From Candidatus Latescibacterota bacterium (lineage in GTDB: Bacteria > Latescibacterota > UBA2968 > GCA-2709665), in assembly GCA_965219995.1 (NCBI GenBank), contig CBDCOX010000002.1, forward strand, positions 2,432,001 to 2,496,000: a stretch of 64,000 bases of DNA. Direction: 5' to 3'. Positions within the stretch are counted from its first letter, which is position 1, and every line of letters starts with the position of its first letter. The notes under the pieces were generated by a model that made no database searches, was not told the origin of the DNA, and saw only the letters and a program-made list of their open reading frames with translations. A program made the translations under genes and the position numbers. Positions 30,309 through 40,656 of this stretch are shown here, piece by piece.

Positions 30309-31277
30309 TTATCTTTTGTAGCTTGCCCGTATGCGCGGATCGATCAGCGCGTACCCGATATCCACCAGCAGATTCATCAGCATGATCAGAAATCCGAAGA
30401 ACAGGGTCGACGTGATGATCATCGGATAGTCCCGGGTCCCCGCGGCGGCCACGAACAGCTTGCCCAGGCCGGGGATATTGAAGATCTCCTCGATGAAAGC
30501 GGTGCTCACCATCAGATTGGCGAACTGCGGGCCGGTAATCGTCAGGAGGGGGATCAGCGAATTCCGCAGCGCGTGGCGAAAGACCGCCTTGTTGCGGTTT
30601 CCGCCCTTCGAGAAGACAGTCCGCACGTAGTCTTCGCCCATCTCCTTGATCAGGCTCACGCGGACGTATCGGGCGATGCCTGCAACGGGCTGGAAGACCA
30701 TCGCCATGACGGGGAGCACGGCGTACTCCCACGTCCCCCAACCGGACGTGGGGAACAACTGAAGCGTGACGGCGAAGAAGACGATCACCAGCAGGGCGAT
30801 GACGTAAGACGGGATGCAGATGCCCAGCATGGAAACGAACATGGTGACACGGTCGATCCACGAGTTCCGGTACAGCGCCGCCCCGATGCCCATCGGAATG
30901 CCGATCAGGAGGGCCAGGAGCATCGGCGAGAAGGCCAGGACGAACGTCCGAGGGAAGGCCCGTGTCATCATTTCCTGAATGGTCGTATCCGGGTAGCGGA
31001 ACGACGGTCCGAAGTCCAGGACGGCCGCGTGGCGCAGATAGATCAGAATCTGCTTCCAGACGGGCGTATTTTCGCCGTAACGCTCCTCCCAGAGCATGAG
31101 CGTCTGGCTCTTTTCCTCGAACTGACTCAGCCGGCTGCCCGTCACCTGCTGGTTCATCAGCCGTTCGATGTTGAAGAAATCACCGGGAGCAGCGTGCATC
31201 AGGTAGAACGTGATGACCAGGATCGCGATCAGGCTCACGAAAATCTGACCCACGCGGCGGAAGAAGAACATCGCCAT
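30309..31277 (-). CDS. oppB: Oligopeptide ABC transporter permease (OppB type)
   Basis: DFGPSF, DYVRT..SKG, RHALRNSLIP, RDYP, DPRIR; start MAMFF at 31277 with GGAG RBS. Confidence 0.9.
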   Translation of the reverse strand: MAMFFFRRVGQIFVSLIAILVITFYLMHAAPGDFFNIERLMNQQVTGSRLSQFEEKSQTLMLWEERYGENTPVWKQILIYLRHAAVLDFGPSFRYPDTTIQEMMTRAFPRTFVLAFSPMLLALLIGIPMGIGAALYRNSWIDRVTMFVSMLGICIPSYVIALLVIVFFAVTLQLFPTSGWGTWEYAVLPVMAMVFQPVAGIARYVRVSLIKEMGEDYVRTVFSKGGNRNKAVFRHALRNSLIPLLTITGPQFANLMVSTAFIEEIFNIPGLGKLFVAAAGTRDYPMIITSTLFFGFLIMLMNLLVDIGYALIDPRIRASYKR

Positions 31278-31336
31278 ACTGACGCTCCAAATCGGGATCG
31301 AGGCGTTACGACACACGCCGTTTCGAACCGATACCT

Positions 31337-31540
31337 TTTGCGCCTTTTGTGCTTCTTTTTGCCATTGAACCACCAAGAGCAATAGCCACAAAAGGCACAA
31401 AAACACAAGATGGGAAAGGTTGTATTCTGTGACAGACTGAGTAGGGATAACGAACAACGCCCGGATTCCATCCGGACGGTTGACGTATCATTGCACTGAT
31501 TGGCTTTGGGTCCTTCTGTGCCTTTTGTGCTTTTTGTGGT
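31337..31540. repeat. Inverted ACAAAAGGCACAAAA-type repeat element between oppA and oppB
   Basis: TTTTGCGCCTTTTGTGC (31337), GCCACAAAAGGCACAAAAACACAAGA (31385), TTCTGTGCCTTTTGTGCTTTTTGTGGT (31514). Confidence 0.7.
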
Positions 31541-31563
31541 AAATTTACGGTTGTCTTTTTGAT

Positions 31564-33552
31564 TTAAGGCTGGTCGATGATCGGACGCCGCGCTGCTGTC
31601 GCCCCATTATCGTCTATATCGATCCATTTCAGATACATGGGGTTGGCCCACCAGTAGGCGCAGAATCTCAGCCCTTTCACGTAGGGCCTGACCAGAGCGG
31701 TGGCATTGGCAACGTGAAGCGGGAAATCCCAGGAGAACGCCTGCACCAGCCGGTGCACTTCGCGGTTGATCCCGGCCTGGCGGGACGGTTCGCGCGCGTG
31801 GTGCGCTTCCTGGCGCATCTCCTCCAGGCGCCAGCGCAGGTCGCTGGTATTCGACCACTGGAAATGGTATTGACGGGCTTGCAGGAGCGTGACATTGAGC
31901 GCCTTCCAGCACCATTCCAGGTCCGCATCCGGCTCGCCCGCCGCCCTCAGGATTTCGTCCGCGGTCTGCCGCCAGCCGCTCATCGCCTCTTCCGCCTGCC
32001 GGCGCAGGTGCGGACCGTGCCTGCCGTTCGCAAAAAGCGACTTTACCGAGTCCGCGTACGTCCCGATTCGCCGGTGGACGGGCATGAAATCGGAGAGATC
32101 CTCCCCCCCTTCGAGCTTGATCATCCCCGATCGGACCTGCAGAATCCGGCGCTGCCCCTCCCACCAGACGCCGTAGACCCCGGGGTCCTCCGTCCACTGG
32201 ACGTTTTCGATCCATTGTGTGCCGTAGATGGGATTCGGCCACGGCGCTCCCGATGCCGCAAAACACATCCCCGTATACCCGGAAGGATTCAGGGAGACCC
32301 GTTTGTCGGCGTACACGCCGAGTTCCTGGTTGTCGATCCGGAACCGGATGCCCAGGTTTTCTTCCAGCATCGCGGCGATCACCACGAACTGCGAAACCAT
32401 CTCGGGCGCCAGGTACGACGGGATCAGAATCACCGATTCGGGAATGCCCTTTCCATTCGGATATCCCGCTTCGGACAGCAGGCGGCGGGCTTCTTCCAGG
32501 TTGAATCTCATCCCCAGGTCGGGATCCCAATCCGGCATCGCCGGCGTGGAGAGCATATGCATCGGCGTCTCCCGCCCGAGAAAGATCGACTCCACGATCC
32601 GGCGCTTGTCGAATCCGAGCGCAATCGCCCGGCGCACCCGCGCGTCCCAGTATACCGGATGCTCCGAGAACAGGAATCTAACGTAGGAAAGTCCGCTCGT
32701 GGGCGTCAAGACCAGTTCATCGCGCAGATCGGGATTGTGCCTGGCGTAGTAGATATCGGCGATGGACGCCAGCAATGCGAAGTCGATCTCTCCGCTCTGG
32801 TACCCTTCCAGCGGTCTGCCCGCGAATCGGCTGTGTATCCGCTCCAGGTTGCCCCGCGGCAGGTTGTACCGCGGATTCGCTTCCAGAATAATATGGGAAT
32901 TGAGTTCCCATTCCACGATCTGGTACGGCCCGTTCCCCTGGTAGTTGGGCAGTTTGTGCCATGCGTCTCCGTGCTCTTCGAGCGATCCCCGGTGAATCGG
33001 GAACATGCTCCCCGTGACCATCGCATTGAGGAACGCGGGATACGGCCTCGCCAGGCGGAAGCGCAGCGTGAAATCGTCGAGCACGTCCACGCCCACCTCT
33101 TCCTCCCGCGCCGCGCCGTTCCTGAAATCCATGGCCTTGATGACGTACTGCAGCGGCGTGTCCCAGAGCCATTTGCTCTCCCGCCCCGGTTCCATCTGAT
33201 AGATGAAGGCCGCCCTGTAGTCCCGCGCGGTTACCGTTGTGCCGTCGTACCATCGGTTGTCCCGCCGGAGAAAGAAGGTATACGACAACCTGTCTTCGGA
33301 GACCTCCCAGCGCTCGGACTGGGCCGGAATCAGTCCTTTCTCCGGTCCCAGCTGAACCAGCCCTTCTTTCGTGCCCAGCGTGATCTGCGCGTACATCCCC
33401 CCGGTATACAGATAGCTGTTCAACGTGCTCACCGGGGGCCCGATGTACCGGATCTCTTTGGGCCGGCCGGCATGCGCCGGTGCGCTGAAAAGCACAGCGG
33501 CAAGCATTCCGAACAGGACACCGTTTCGCCACTCCGTGCCCCCGAGCGTCAT
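31564..33552 (-). CDS. oppA: Peptide ABC transporter substrate-binding protein (family 5) with C-terminal insertion
   Basis: WEVSED..SYTF.LR, GNGPY, VRRAIALGFD, ARRLLSEAGYPNG; start MTLGG at 33552 (ATGA overlap). Confidence 0.85.
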   Translation of the reverse strand: MTLGGTEWRNGVLFGMLAAVLFSAPAHAGRPKEIRYIGPPVSTLNSYLYTGGMYAQITLGTKEGLVQLGPEKGLIPAQSERWEVSEDRLSYTFFLRRDNRWYDGTTVTARDYRAAFIYQMEPGRESKWLWDTPLQYVIKAMDFRNGAAREEEVGVDVLDDFTLRFRLARPYPAFLNAMVTGSMFPIHRGSLEEHGDAWHKLPNYQGNGPYQIVEWELNSHIILEANPRYNLPRGNLERIHSRFAGRPLEGYQSGEIDFALLASIADIYYARHNPDLRDELVLTPTSGLSYVRFLFSEHPVYWDARVRRAIALGFDKRRIVESIFLGRETPMHMLSTPAMPDWDPDLGMRFNLEEARRLLSEAGYPNGKGIPESVILIPSYLAPEMVSQFVVIAAMLEENLGIRFRIDNQELGVYADKRVSLNPSGYTGMCFAASGAPWPNPIYGTQWIENVQWTEDPGVYGVWWEGQRRILQVRSGMIKLEGGEDLSDFMPVHRRIGTYADSVKSLFANGRHGPHLRRQAEEAMSGWRQTADEILRAAGEPDADLEWCWKALNVTLLQARQYHFQWSNTSDLRWRLEEMRQEAHHAREPSRQAGINREVHRLVQAFSWDFPLHVANATALVRPYVKGLRFCAYWWANPMYLKWIDIDDNGATAARRPIIDQP

Positions 33553-35270
33553 GGTCCTGTCTCTCCTTCCCTCACGACGATCTCCCTGTCCGCCGATATG
33601 CTCCCCATCCGGTCCACCGTGCCACCGGGCCATCGCACCTTGAGGGAATCGACCGTCGCGTTCCGGCCGAGTCCGAAATGGAGACGGAAATCGTTCTGCG
33701 ACAGATAGCTTGATCCGCTTCGGACCTCGCCGACCTGCGGCCGGCCGCCGGCCCAGACCGTCACCCGGGCGCCGATTCCGTTGCGGTTCGACAGCCGCGG
33801 AGCGCCGGTTGAACCCACGGAATGCTCCCGCGCGGCGCCCACCAGCTTCACCCTCAGCCACCGGCTCCTGTTGCCGGCGTCGTTTCTCAGGAGGCGCGCG
33901 GCCCCGTTTACCGAAAGCACGAACACGTCCACGTCTCCGTCGTTGTCGACGTCTCCGAACGCGGCGCCGCGGCCGGGCTGGGGTATGGACAGCCCATCCT
34001 CCACGTCGCCCGTCACGTCGACGAACCGGCCGTCGCCGGTGTTGCGGAACAGGATTGCCGGCTGCTTGTAGACGCTGCCCACCCGGTGGGCGTTGTCGAG
34101 TACGTGACCGTGCACCATCAGAAGGTCGGGCCAGCCGTCATTGTCGTAGTCCAGAAAGCCGATTCCCCATCCCACGTGAGGAAGCGTCGGGGCCCTGATG
34201 CCGGATATCGAAGAAATGTCCGTGAACAACCCGGCCCCTTCGTTCCGAAAGAGACCGGCGCCCTCCAGCCGGAAATTGGTCACCGCCAGGTCCAGGAGGC
34301 CGTCGCGGTTGAAATCCCCGAAGTCCGCGCCCATGCTGGACTGCAGGTCGCCCGATCCGCTGTAGCCCACGCCCGAAAGAAGCCCTCTGTCCACAAAGCG
34401 CCCGTCGCCCCGGTTCAGGTAGAGGAAATTGGGCGTCATGTCGTTGGCCACGAAGATATCCGGGGCGCCGTCGCCGTCCACGTCGGCGCATGCCATGCCC
34501 ATCCCCTTGCCGCCGGGATTGAGGACCCCCGCCCGCTTTGTCACGTCTGTAAAGGTCCCGTTTCCGTTGTTGCGATACAGGCGGTCCGCGGCCCCCTTGA
34601 AGTTGTCGGGGTGGGGATAGAACCGCTCGCCGTCGGACGGGCTCGCCGAGCGGGAGGCGTAGGGCCTCAGCCTTCTCTCCGCGGAGTCAATCGCGTAGTC
34701 CACGTAGTTGGCCACGTAGAGGTCCAGAAACCCATCCGAGTCCACGTCCAGAAAGGAGCACCCCACGCTCCATACGGCGTCCCCGGAGACGCCGGCCGCC
34801 GCGGCGACGTCCCTGAACGTGCCGTCCCGGTTGTTCCGGAACAGGCTGTTCGGTCCGTAGCACGTCACGTACAGGTCGTCGTACCCGTCGTTGTCGACAT
34901 CTCCGACGCAGACCCCCATGCCGTAGGCAGTTTCGCCCACGCCGGCGAACCGGGTCACGTCGGAGAAAACGCCCCTGCCGGCGTTCCGGTACAGCCGGTT
35001 CTGCGGGGGCGGGCCGGCGTAGCCGGGCAACGTCCCCCCGTTGACGGCGAATACGTCCAGCCAGCCGTCGTTGTTGTAGTCCAGAAACGCGACCCCGGAT
35101 CCCATCGTTTCCACGAAGTACTTCTTGCCGGTCCCCCCGTGGACGTGCCGGAAGTCGATGCCTGAAGACGCCGTCACGTCGACGAATCGCGGCGAATCCA
35201 CGGACAACGCTTCGCTCCATAGGATCAGGACCAGCAGTATTCCGGATACGACGCGAACTGATTGGACCAT
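33549..35270 (-). CDS. CRTAC1 family protein (FG-GAP repeats + ASPIC/UnbV domain)
   Basis: ETMGSGVAFLDYNNDG, multiple FG-GAP repeats, SNRNGIGARV...GSSYLSQ...HFGLG. Confidence 0.92.
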   Translation of the reverse strand: MVQSVRVVSGILLVLILWSEALSVDSPRFVDVTASSGIDFRHVHGGTGKKYFVETMGSGVAFLDYNNDGWLDVFAVNGGTLPGYAGPPPQNRLYRNAGRGVFSDVTRFAGVGETAYGMGVCVGDVDNDGYDDLYVTCYGPNSLFRNNRDGTFRDVAAAAGVSGDAVWSVGCSFLDVDSDGFLDLYVANYVDYAIDSAERRLRPYASRSASPSDGERFYPHPDNFKGAADRLYRNNGNGTFTDVTKRAGVLNPGGKGMGMACADVDGDGAPDIFVANDMTPNFLYLNRGDGRFVDRGLLSGVGYSGSGDLQSSMGADFGDFNRDGLLDLAVTNFRLEGAGLFRNEGAGLFTDISSISGIRAPTLPHVGWGIGFLDYDNDGWPDLLMVHGHVLDNAHRVGSVYKQPAILFRNTGDGRFVDVTGDVEDGLSIPQPGRGAAFGDVDNDGDVDVFVLSVNGAARLLRNDAGNRSRWLRVKLVGAAREHSVGSTGAPRLSNRNGIGARVTVWAGGRPQVGEVRSGSSYLSQNDFRLHFGLGRNATVDSLKVRWPGGTVDRMGSISADREIVVREGETGP

Positions 35271-35326
35271 ACGAAGGTCTGTTTATTGAAGGCTGTGATG
35301 GGTAACAGGACGAGGAAAAATCTGAA

Positions 35327-36022
35327 AGCGGTGAGACGGTAGACGTGAGACGGTAGAAGACGTCATTGCCCGTCTGGTTCTTCCTTTATGCCTCCGGCGA
35401 GAAATGAAAACGCACAGGGAAATAAAATCCGTTAGACGCAAGACGGTAGACGGTAGATGACATCCTTGCCCGATTGGTTTCTCCTTTATGCCTCTGGCAA
35501 GAAATGCACCCGAACGGGGCAACAAAAACGGTGAGACGTGAGACGCAAGACGGGAGAAGACGTCTTTGCCAGATTGGTTCTTCGTTTATGCCTCTGGCTA
35601 GAACTGAAACCGCACCGGGCAATCACATCCTCTACCGTCTCCCCTCTACCCTCTCACGCCTTTAGGGCACTCACGGAATCTCCCGTCTAACGTCTTACGT
35701 CTACCCGCTCTTCAGGCACTCACAGTATCTCCCGTCTCCCTTCTCCCCTCTTACCGCTTTTGAGGGGCCGGGGGGAGAGGTCTGCGAAAAATCGGTGAGA
35801 CGTGAGACGCAAGACGGTAGATGACATCCTTGCCCGATTGGTTCGTCCCTTTTGCCTCCGGCAAGAAATGAAGCCGCACCGTGCGATCACATCCTCTACC
35901 GTCTCACCTCTACCGTCTCACCGCATTTAGGGCATTCACGGAATCTCCCGTCTAACGTCTTACGTCTACCCGCTCTTCGGGCACTCATATCATCTCCCCT
36001 CTCCCGTCTCCCGTCTCCCCGC
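35327..36022. repeat. Heptamer-armed palindromic repeat cluster B (4 cores, nested arms)
   Basis: L-core-L-core-L-core-R-R-R, spacer TGAGGGGCCGGGGGAGAGGTC, then L-core-R-R-R. Confidence 0.88.
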
Positions 36023-36046
36023 TTTTTGCTGATCGCTTTTCTTACC

Positions 36047-37177
36047 TCACCGGTAATTCATCAGCGTATGGACCGCCCGTTTGAACACGTGGATCGCGCG
36101 CCTGGCGGACCCGTGCGGACCCGCCGTGGCGACGTTCGTCTCGTAGAATACGCTGGGAATGCCCAGCCTGCGGGCCATCTGATAGCACATCGTATTCTCG
36201 CGATGCACGTTGGCCCTGCCATGCGTGGACATCCCGTCGGTCTCCAGGCGCAATGTATCGCAAAGAGCCTGGTACAGCCGGGCGCGATCGGGATTCTCAA
36301 AGACGGGATCGACCACCTCGTACCATCCGTCGTAAGGGTACTCTCCGTTCTCCCGCCAGCCCACGAAGGCATGGATATTCATCCACAGCGCCGGCCGGTC
36401 CGCGAGAAGCTTGTCCCACAGCAGGCGACTCTCGCGGGCTTCGGGCGCGGCCGCTTCCGTGTCTTCGCCGAAGGCCCGGTACATGTCCAGTCCCTCGGCG
36501 TTGAACGCGTTCCTTCCCATGACGTTTCCATCGGGGTTGACCACGGGCAGGACGTCCACCTGAAGCTGCTCCCGGAGGGCGACGGCATCCGGCACCAGCG
36601 ACGTGATGAAATCGGCAATGCCCAGCATTCCCCACGTCCCCGAGAATTCGACCGCGTGCTGGCCGGCGACGCACAAAATCCGGGGCTTGCCGGGCGTGCC
36701 GGCCCGGATACCGTGGATGTCCCGTCCCTGAACCGAGGCGCCGATCGTGAACGCCTCGCACCGGTCGCCACGTTCCTCCGCCAGCCTCCTGAGCGTGTCC
36801 ATTGAATCGCTGTAGGGCGCGGGCCATGCGTTCGCGACCCGAATCGTCTCGTTCGCCTTCAGGTTCAGGCGGATCAGCAGGGGTTCCTCCGTATTCCGGA
36901 CCCGTTCGCGTTCGAGCGGCTTGAACCGGCCCTCGCCCTGCGACGCAACCCACACCGTGGTCGGCAGAGCGGCGACGAATCCCTCCGGGCCGAAGCGCGA
37001 ATCCGGCCACACTTCAACGGTCACAGCCGATGCGGGGCCGTCATTCCGGACGTCAAAGCAGAAGTAGTAACAGTAGGTGGCCTTGTCCCCGACCACCTCC
37101 AGCCGAAACCGGTCGATTGCGATCTGGCGGATCTGCTTCGCGTTACCGCATTCGAAATCAGCCGCGATTGATATCAT
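36047..37177 (-). CDS. M14 family zinc carboxypeptidase (cytosolic-carboxypeptidase-like)
   Basis: ADFECGN N-domain, QHAVE (HxxE), NPDG..GR, NIH; start MISIAA at 37177. Confidence 0.82.
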   Translation of the reverse strand: MISIAADFECGNAKQIRQIAIDRFRLEVVGDKATYCYYFCFDVRNDGPASAVTVEVWPDSRFGPEGFVAALPTTVWVASQGEGRFKPLERERVRNTEEPLLIRLNLKANETIRVANAWPAPYSDSMDTLRRLAEERGDRCEAFTIGASVQGRDIHGIRAGTPGKPRILCVAGQHAVEFSGTWGMLGIADFITSLVPDAVALREQLQVDVLPVVNPDGNVMGRNAFNAEGLDMYRAFGEDTEAAAPEARESRLLWDKLLADRPALWMNIHAFVGWRENGEYPYDGWYEVVDPVFENPDRARLYQALCDTLRLETDGMSTHGRANVHRENTMCYQMARRLGIPSVFYETNVATAGPHGSARRAIHVFKRAVHTLMNYR

Positions 37178-37232
37178 TCCGTTTCCCCCGCGGAGGCGCA
37201 TAAACGCCGTGCCCGCGCGTCATTACATGTTA

Positions 37233-38360
37233 TCAGGTATATCCGGTCCCCTTCGGCGGCCGGGCGTACGCCACCGCGACGCGGCTGGGAGGCCCTGGGC
37301 GTTTCATCGAATTCACGCCCCGGCAGGCCAGCGACTGGACCCCCTCCCGCATGGGCCAGTCGAAATGCTCGCCGCACGGCTTCCAGGCCCCGTCGTCGAA
37401 GCGGATTTCGTAGTGGTCGAAGAACGGCATACAGTGTGAGAGCGTAACCGCCAGCCTGGCGCCGTCCTGGTCCCAGGAAGGCTGCGTGGAGATGCGCACC
37501 AGATTCACCGTCCAGTACACATCCGGGAGGTTGGAGGTCCATTGCATGCGGCCCAGCGGTCTGAAATTGCTCACGAACGTGGGCAGGCACCTGCGGTCCA
37601 CCCATTCCCAGGTCCGGCGATCCGTCAGTATCCGGACCCGGGCATAATAATCCATCACCCGGTTTCGCAGAAACCTCGCGAACAAACCGGCGTTGACCTC
37701 CGCGTCATAATCTTTCCGGCAGGTGGGGTCCCGGAGCGCGAGCCGGACGTGCCTGGCGTCCGGAATGACGAATTCCGGCTGATCCTGCACCATTTCAACC
37801 TCATCCGCGGCCCCGTCCAGCCACGCCTCCCGGATCTCCAGCGCGTTCAGCGGCGACCCCTCCCGCTCGTAGTGGACGTTGACGTCCGGGTCCATCATCA
37901 CCCACTTCCGGTGTTCGTTGGACCAGACCTCCGCAACCGCGTGCCCCACGTTCCACATCGTGTAGTCGCGCGGCGCCTCGCAATCCTGAGTGGAGACCGC
38001 CACGATCCGCGCGGGCCAGCCCAGCGCGGTCGCCGAATCCACGAAGACCCGGGCGTAGGAACCGCAGAAGAACCGTTCTCCCCGGGCGACGGCCTCGAGA
38101 ATCCCGAGTCCATCGTCGACTTCAGGGCGGTTGTACCAGAGCCCGTGGTCCCACTGTTCGCGGACCCATCGCTTCAATGCCAGGAATCCCTCGAATTCCG
38201 TCTCGCAGCCCGCTACGACCTCTTCCAGGCCGTATTCGTCCCTGAGGCGCGCAATTCTGGGAGCATGCGGATCATCGGGTTCGTGGCAGGTATGATCCCC
38301 ACTGAAGTCCGGGACGTCATAGGAGACGACGCGGAACTCTCCAGGACACCTCTGGCTCAT
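37233..38360 (-). CDS. Transglutaminase-like domain protein
   Basis: Cys-His-Asp triad in FFCGSYA, GHAVAEVWS...KWVMMDPD; start ATG 38360. Confidence 0.82.
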   Translation of the reverse strand: MSQRCPGEFRVVSYDVPDFSGDHTCHEPDDPHAPRIARLRDEYGLEEVVAGCETEFEGFLALKRWVREQWDHGLWYNRPEVDDGLGILEAVARGERFFCGSYARVFVDSATALGWPARIVAVSTQDCEAPRDYTMWNVGHAVAEVWSNEHRKWVMMDPDVNVHYEREGSPLNALEIREAWLDGAADEVEMVQDQPEFVIPDARHVRLALRDPTCRKDYDAEVNAGLFARFLRNRVMDYYARVRILTDRRTWEWVDRRCLPTFVSNFRPLGRMQWTSNLPDVYWTVNLVRISTQPSWDQDGARLAVTLSHCMPFFDHYEIRFDDGAWKPCGEHFDWPMREGVQSLACRGVNSMKRPGPPSRVAVAYARPPKGTGYT

Positions 38361-38376
38361 GAGAATCTCCCGCGAG

Positions 38377-39291
38377 TCACCCGGATCGCAGTGGCTTCCC
38401 GAGCGCCTCGGCCATCGCACGGATGTGGGATGGGCCGGCGCCGCAACAGCAACCCACGAAGTTGATCCCTTCCGCCCTGGCCTTCAGCGCGAACGCCGCC
38501 ATTTCGTCGGGGGTGACGCCATTGCTATGCCGGCGGACGGCATAGCCCACATTTTCCGTATCGGCCGTTTGTCTGAATGCTTTCGGCTGGCAGGCGATCG
38601 GCACGTCCACCGCTTCCCGCATCTCGAGCGCCGTCGGTAGCATCTGTTCCGGGTCCCCGATACAGACGGTCCCCACGATGTCCGCGCCGTCGTCCACGAG
38701 GGCGCGGGCGCACTCCGCCGCGGTGGCGCCGTCCTTTGTCGCCTTTTTGCTGCCGATGCCCACGAGCGCCATCGTCGGCAGGCCGGTTTTCTTACAGCTT
38801 TCCACGCACAGCCGCATCTCGTCCAGACGGGAGAACGTCTCCGGGATCAGGAAGTCGGCGCCGGCGTCGACGAGAATTGCGATCTGTTCTTCCCATTCGG
38901 CCTGCGCGCGTGCGCCCGACGAAGGATCCTCCGGATCGTAAACCTGTTCTCCCAGACGGGAACCGGTCATCGTGGATACGAGACAGCCGCCTACCGGCGT
39001 CTCCCAGTCCGATCCCTCCTTGGCCGCCCGAATCCCGGTCCTGTTGATCTCGTCCACGCGGTCTCCCCATCCGTATTTCTCCTCCAGCTGAGCACCCGAG
39101 GTAAACCACGTCAGCGCCTGGAGCACCTCCGAACCCGATCTGTAGAAGTCCCGGTGGATCTGCTGAAGCACATCCGGGTGGGAGCCGATGATGCCGGGCA
39201 CATCGTAGCCTCTCCAGTTCGCCTCCAGGTACATCCCCCCGTCTCCCAGAACGATCCCCTCGTTCAACATCTCCATGAGATCTCCACCCAT
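38377..39291 (-). CDS. Homocysteine S-methyltransferase family protein (HMT-3)
   Basis: LGDGGM, IHRDFYRSGS, PETF, GTVC, GCCCG; start MGGDL at 39291. Confidence 0.88.
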   Translation of the reverse strand: MGGDLMEMLNEGIVLGDGGMYLEANWRGYDVPGIIGSHPDVLQQIHRDFYRSGSEVLQALTWFTSGAQLEEKYGWGDRVDEINRTGIRAAKEGSDWETPVGGCLVSTMTGSRLGEQVYDPEDPSSGARAQAEWEEQIAILVDAGADFLIPETFSRLDEMRLCVESCKKTGLPTMALVGIGSKKATKDGATAAECARALVDDGADIVGTVCIGDPEQMLPTALEMREAVDVPIACQPKAFRQTADTENVGYAVRRHSNGVTPDEMAAFALKARAEGINFVGCCCGAGPSHIRAMAEALGKPLRSG

Positions 39292-39365
39292 AACACGCTC
39301 CTCCATAATTACGATACTCAGTGTTGAATTAACCCACCAGCAGTCCTCAGATGAAAGACCTGAAA

Positions 39366-39633
39366 GCGGTGAGACGTGAGACGGTAGACGGTAGATTACA
39401 TCCTTCGCCCGATTGGTTCTTCCCTTATGCCTCCGGCAAGAAATGAATCCGCACATGGCAGCAACACCCGTGAGACGCAAGACGGTAGACGGGAGAAGAC
39501 GTCATTGCCCGTTTGGTTTCTCCTTTATGCCTGCGGCAAGAGATGATACCGAACAGGCACTTACATCATCTCACGACTTACGTCTCCCGTCTACCCTTTT
39601 TTGGCACTCATATCATCTCACGTCTAACCGCCG
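39366..39633. repeat. Heptamer-armed palindromic repeat cluster C (2 cores)
   Basis: L-core-L-core-R-R with same TATGCCTCCGGCAAGAAATG-type core. Confidence 0.85.
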
Positions 39634-40569
39634 TTACCGAAGCTGATACGGCCCCGGTCGATCGGGCATCGCCGTCGGCTTCCCGATCGCCTCGGCCATC
39701 GCCCGAATATGGTACGGCAGGGCTCCGCAGCAGGCGCCGATGAAACCGACGCCCATATCCCACGCGTCCCTGGCGTAGTCGGCCATCTCGCGCCGGGGCT
39801 GGTGGCGGAGCTCGAAATGGACGCTGGAGCCCGAGGCGATCTCCCGGGTGTACTCCGCACCGTTTTCCAGCACGTACGCCAGGGGTTGGGCGCAGATGGG
39901 AACGGACACCGCACCCATCATCTTCCGCAGGATATCCCTGTACATATACCACGGCCGGCCGCAATTCACGCCCACCACGTCGGCGCCATGGTCCACGAGC
40001 CGTTTTGCGGCCTCGTCCGGCAGGTACCGGTCCGAAGTGTACTCCCCCGATTTGTACTCCAGCGTCACCACGACGGGCACCCCGGCGTTCTTGATGAATG
40101 GCATGCCCAGCGACGCCTCCTCCACCGAATAAAACGTCTCCACGATGAACAGGTCGACCCCCGCGTCGATCTGCTGGCCCACCCGCCGTTCGAAGAATGC
40201 CTGCGCCTCCCGCCTTTCGTTCGCGGTAATGGGCGACCGCCGCTGGTACGGTCCGATGCCGGCGGGGCTGAGCGTACCCGCCACGAGACGATCCGGTCCG
40301 GCGGCCTCCCTCGCAAGTCCGACCGCGGTACGGTGCAGTTCTTCATCCCGGTCCATCCTGCCCACGCCCCAGGTCATGGCCTGCAGCACCTCGGCGCCCG
40401 CCAGCGCAAACTCCCTGTGCAATTGGAGCAGGCCCTCCGGGTGGTCCAGTACGGCCCAGGGTACGCCTTTTTCGAAATTGCCCAGGCATCGCCGTTCGAG
40501 CTCCAGATAGTAGCCGCCGTCGCCAAGTACCGGCCCGTCCTTCAGGCGATCCAGAAAACCCGATGCCAT
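39634..40569 (-). CDS. Homocysteine S-methyltransferase family protein (HMT-4, BHMT-like)
   Basis: LGDGGY.LELERR, LHREFALAGAEV.QA.T, GVNC, GACCG; start MASGF at 40569. Confidence 0.9.
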   Translation of the reverse strand: MASGFLDRLKDGPVLGDGGYYLELERRCLGNFEKGVPWAVLDHPEGLLQLHREFALAGAEVLQAMTWGVGRMDRDEELHRTAVGLAREAAGPDRLVAGTLSPAGIGPYQRRSPITANERREAQAFFERRVGQQIDAGVDLFIVETFYSVEEASLGMPFIKNAGVPVVVTLEYKSGEYTSDRYLPDEAAKRLVDHGADVVGVNCGRPWYMYRDILRKMMGAVSVPICAQPLAYVLENGAEYTREIASGSSVHFELRHQPRREMADYARDAWDMGVGFIGACCGALPYHIRAMAEAIGKPTAMPDRPGPYQLR

Positions 40570-40656
40570 TGCAATACCTCCTGGCACGGCGTCGCTGTGC
40601 TCAGCCGAAACCAAATAGGTGGAAATGAACGCGCCAGCCGGTTCAACGGTGCAATT

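Noticed and set aside
1567-33708. Long antisense ORFs (e.g. 1567..2976, 4011..5618, 6511..8334, 8497..10389, 14209..15906, 29685..31385, 31714..33708)
   Set aside because: Shadow frames of high-GC genes with no recognisable motifs
31277-33861. Long N-terminal extensions given by the ORF track for oppB and oppA (also oppF, HMT-3, HEPN)
   Set aside because: They overlap repeats or neighbouring genes; downstream starts have an RBS or ATGA coupling
35327-36022. CRISPR array (also clusters at 6.0, 39.4 and 42.1 kb)
   Set aside because: Units are ~100 bp, degenerate and conserved throughout, with no unique spacers and no cas genes
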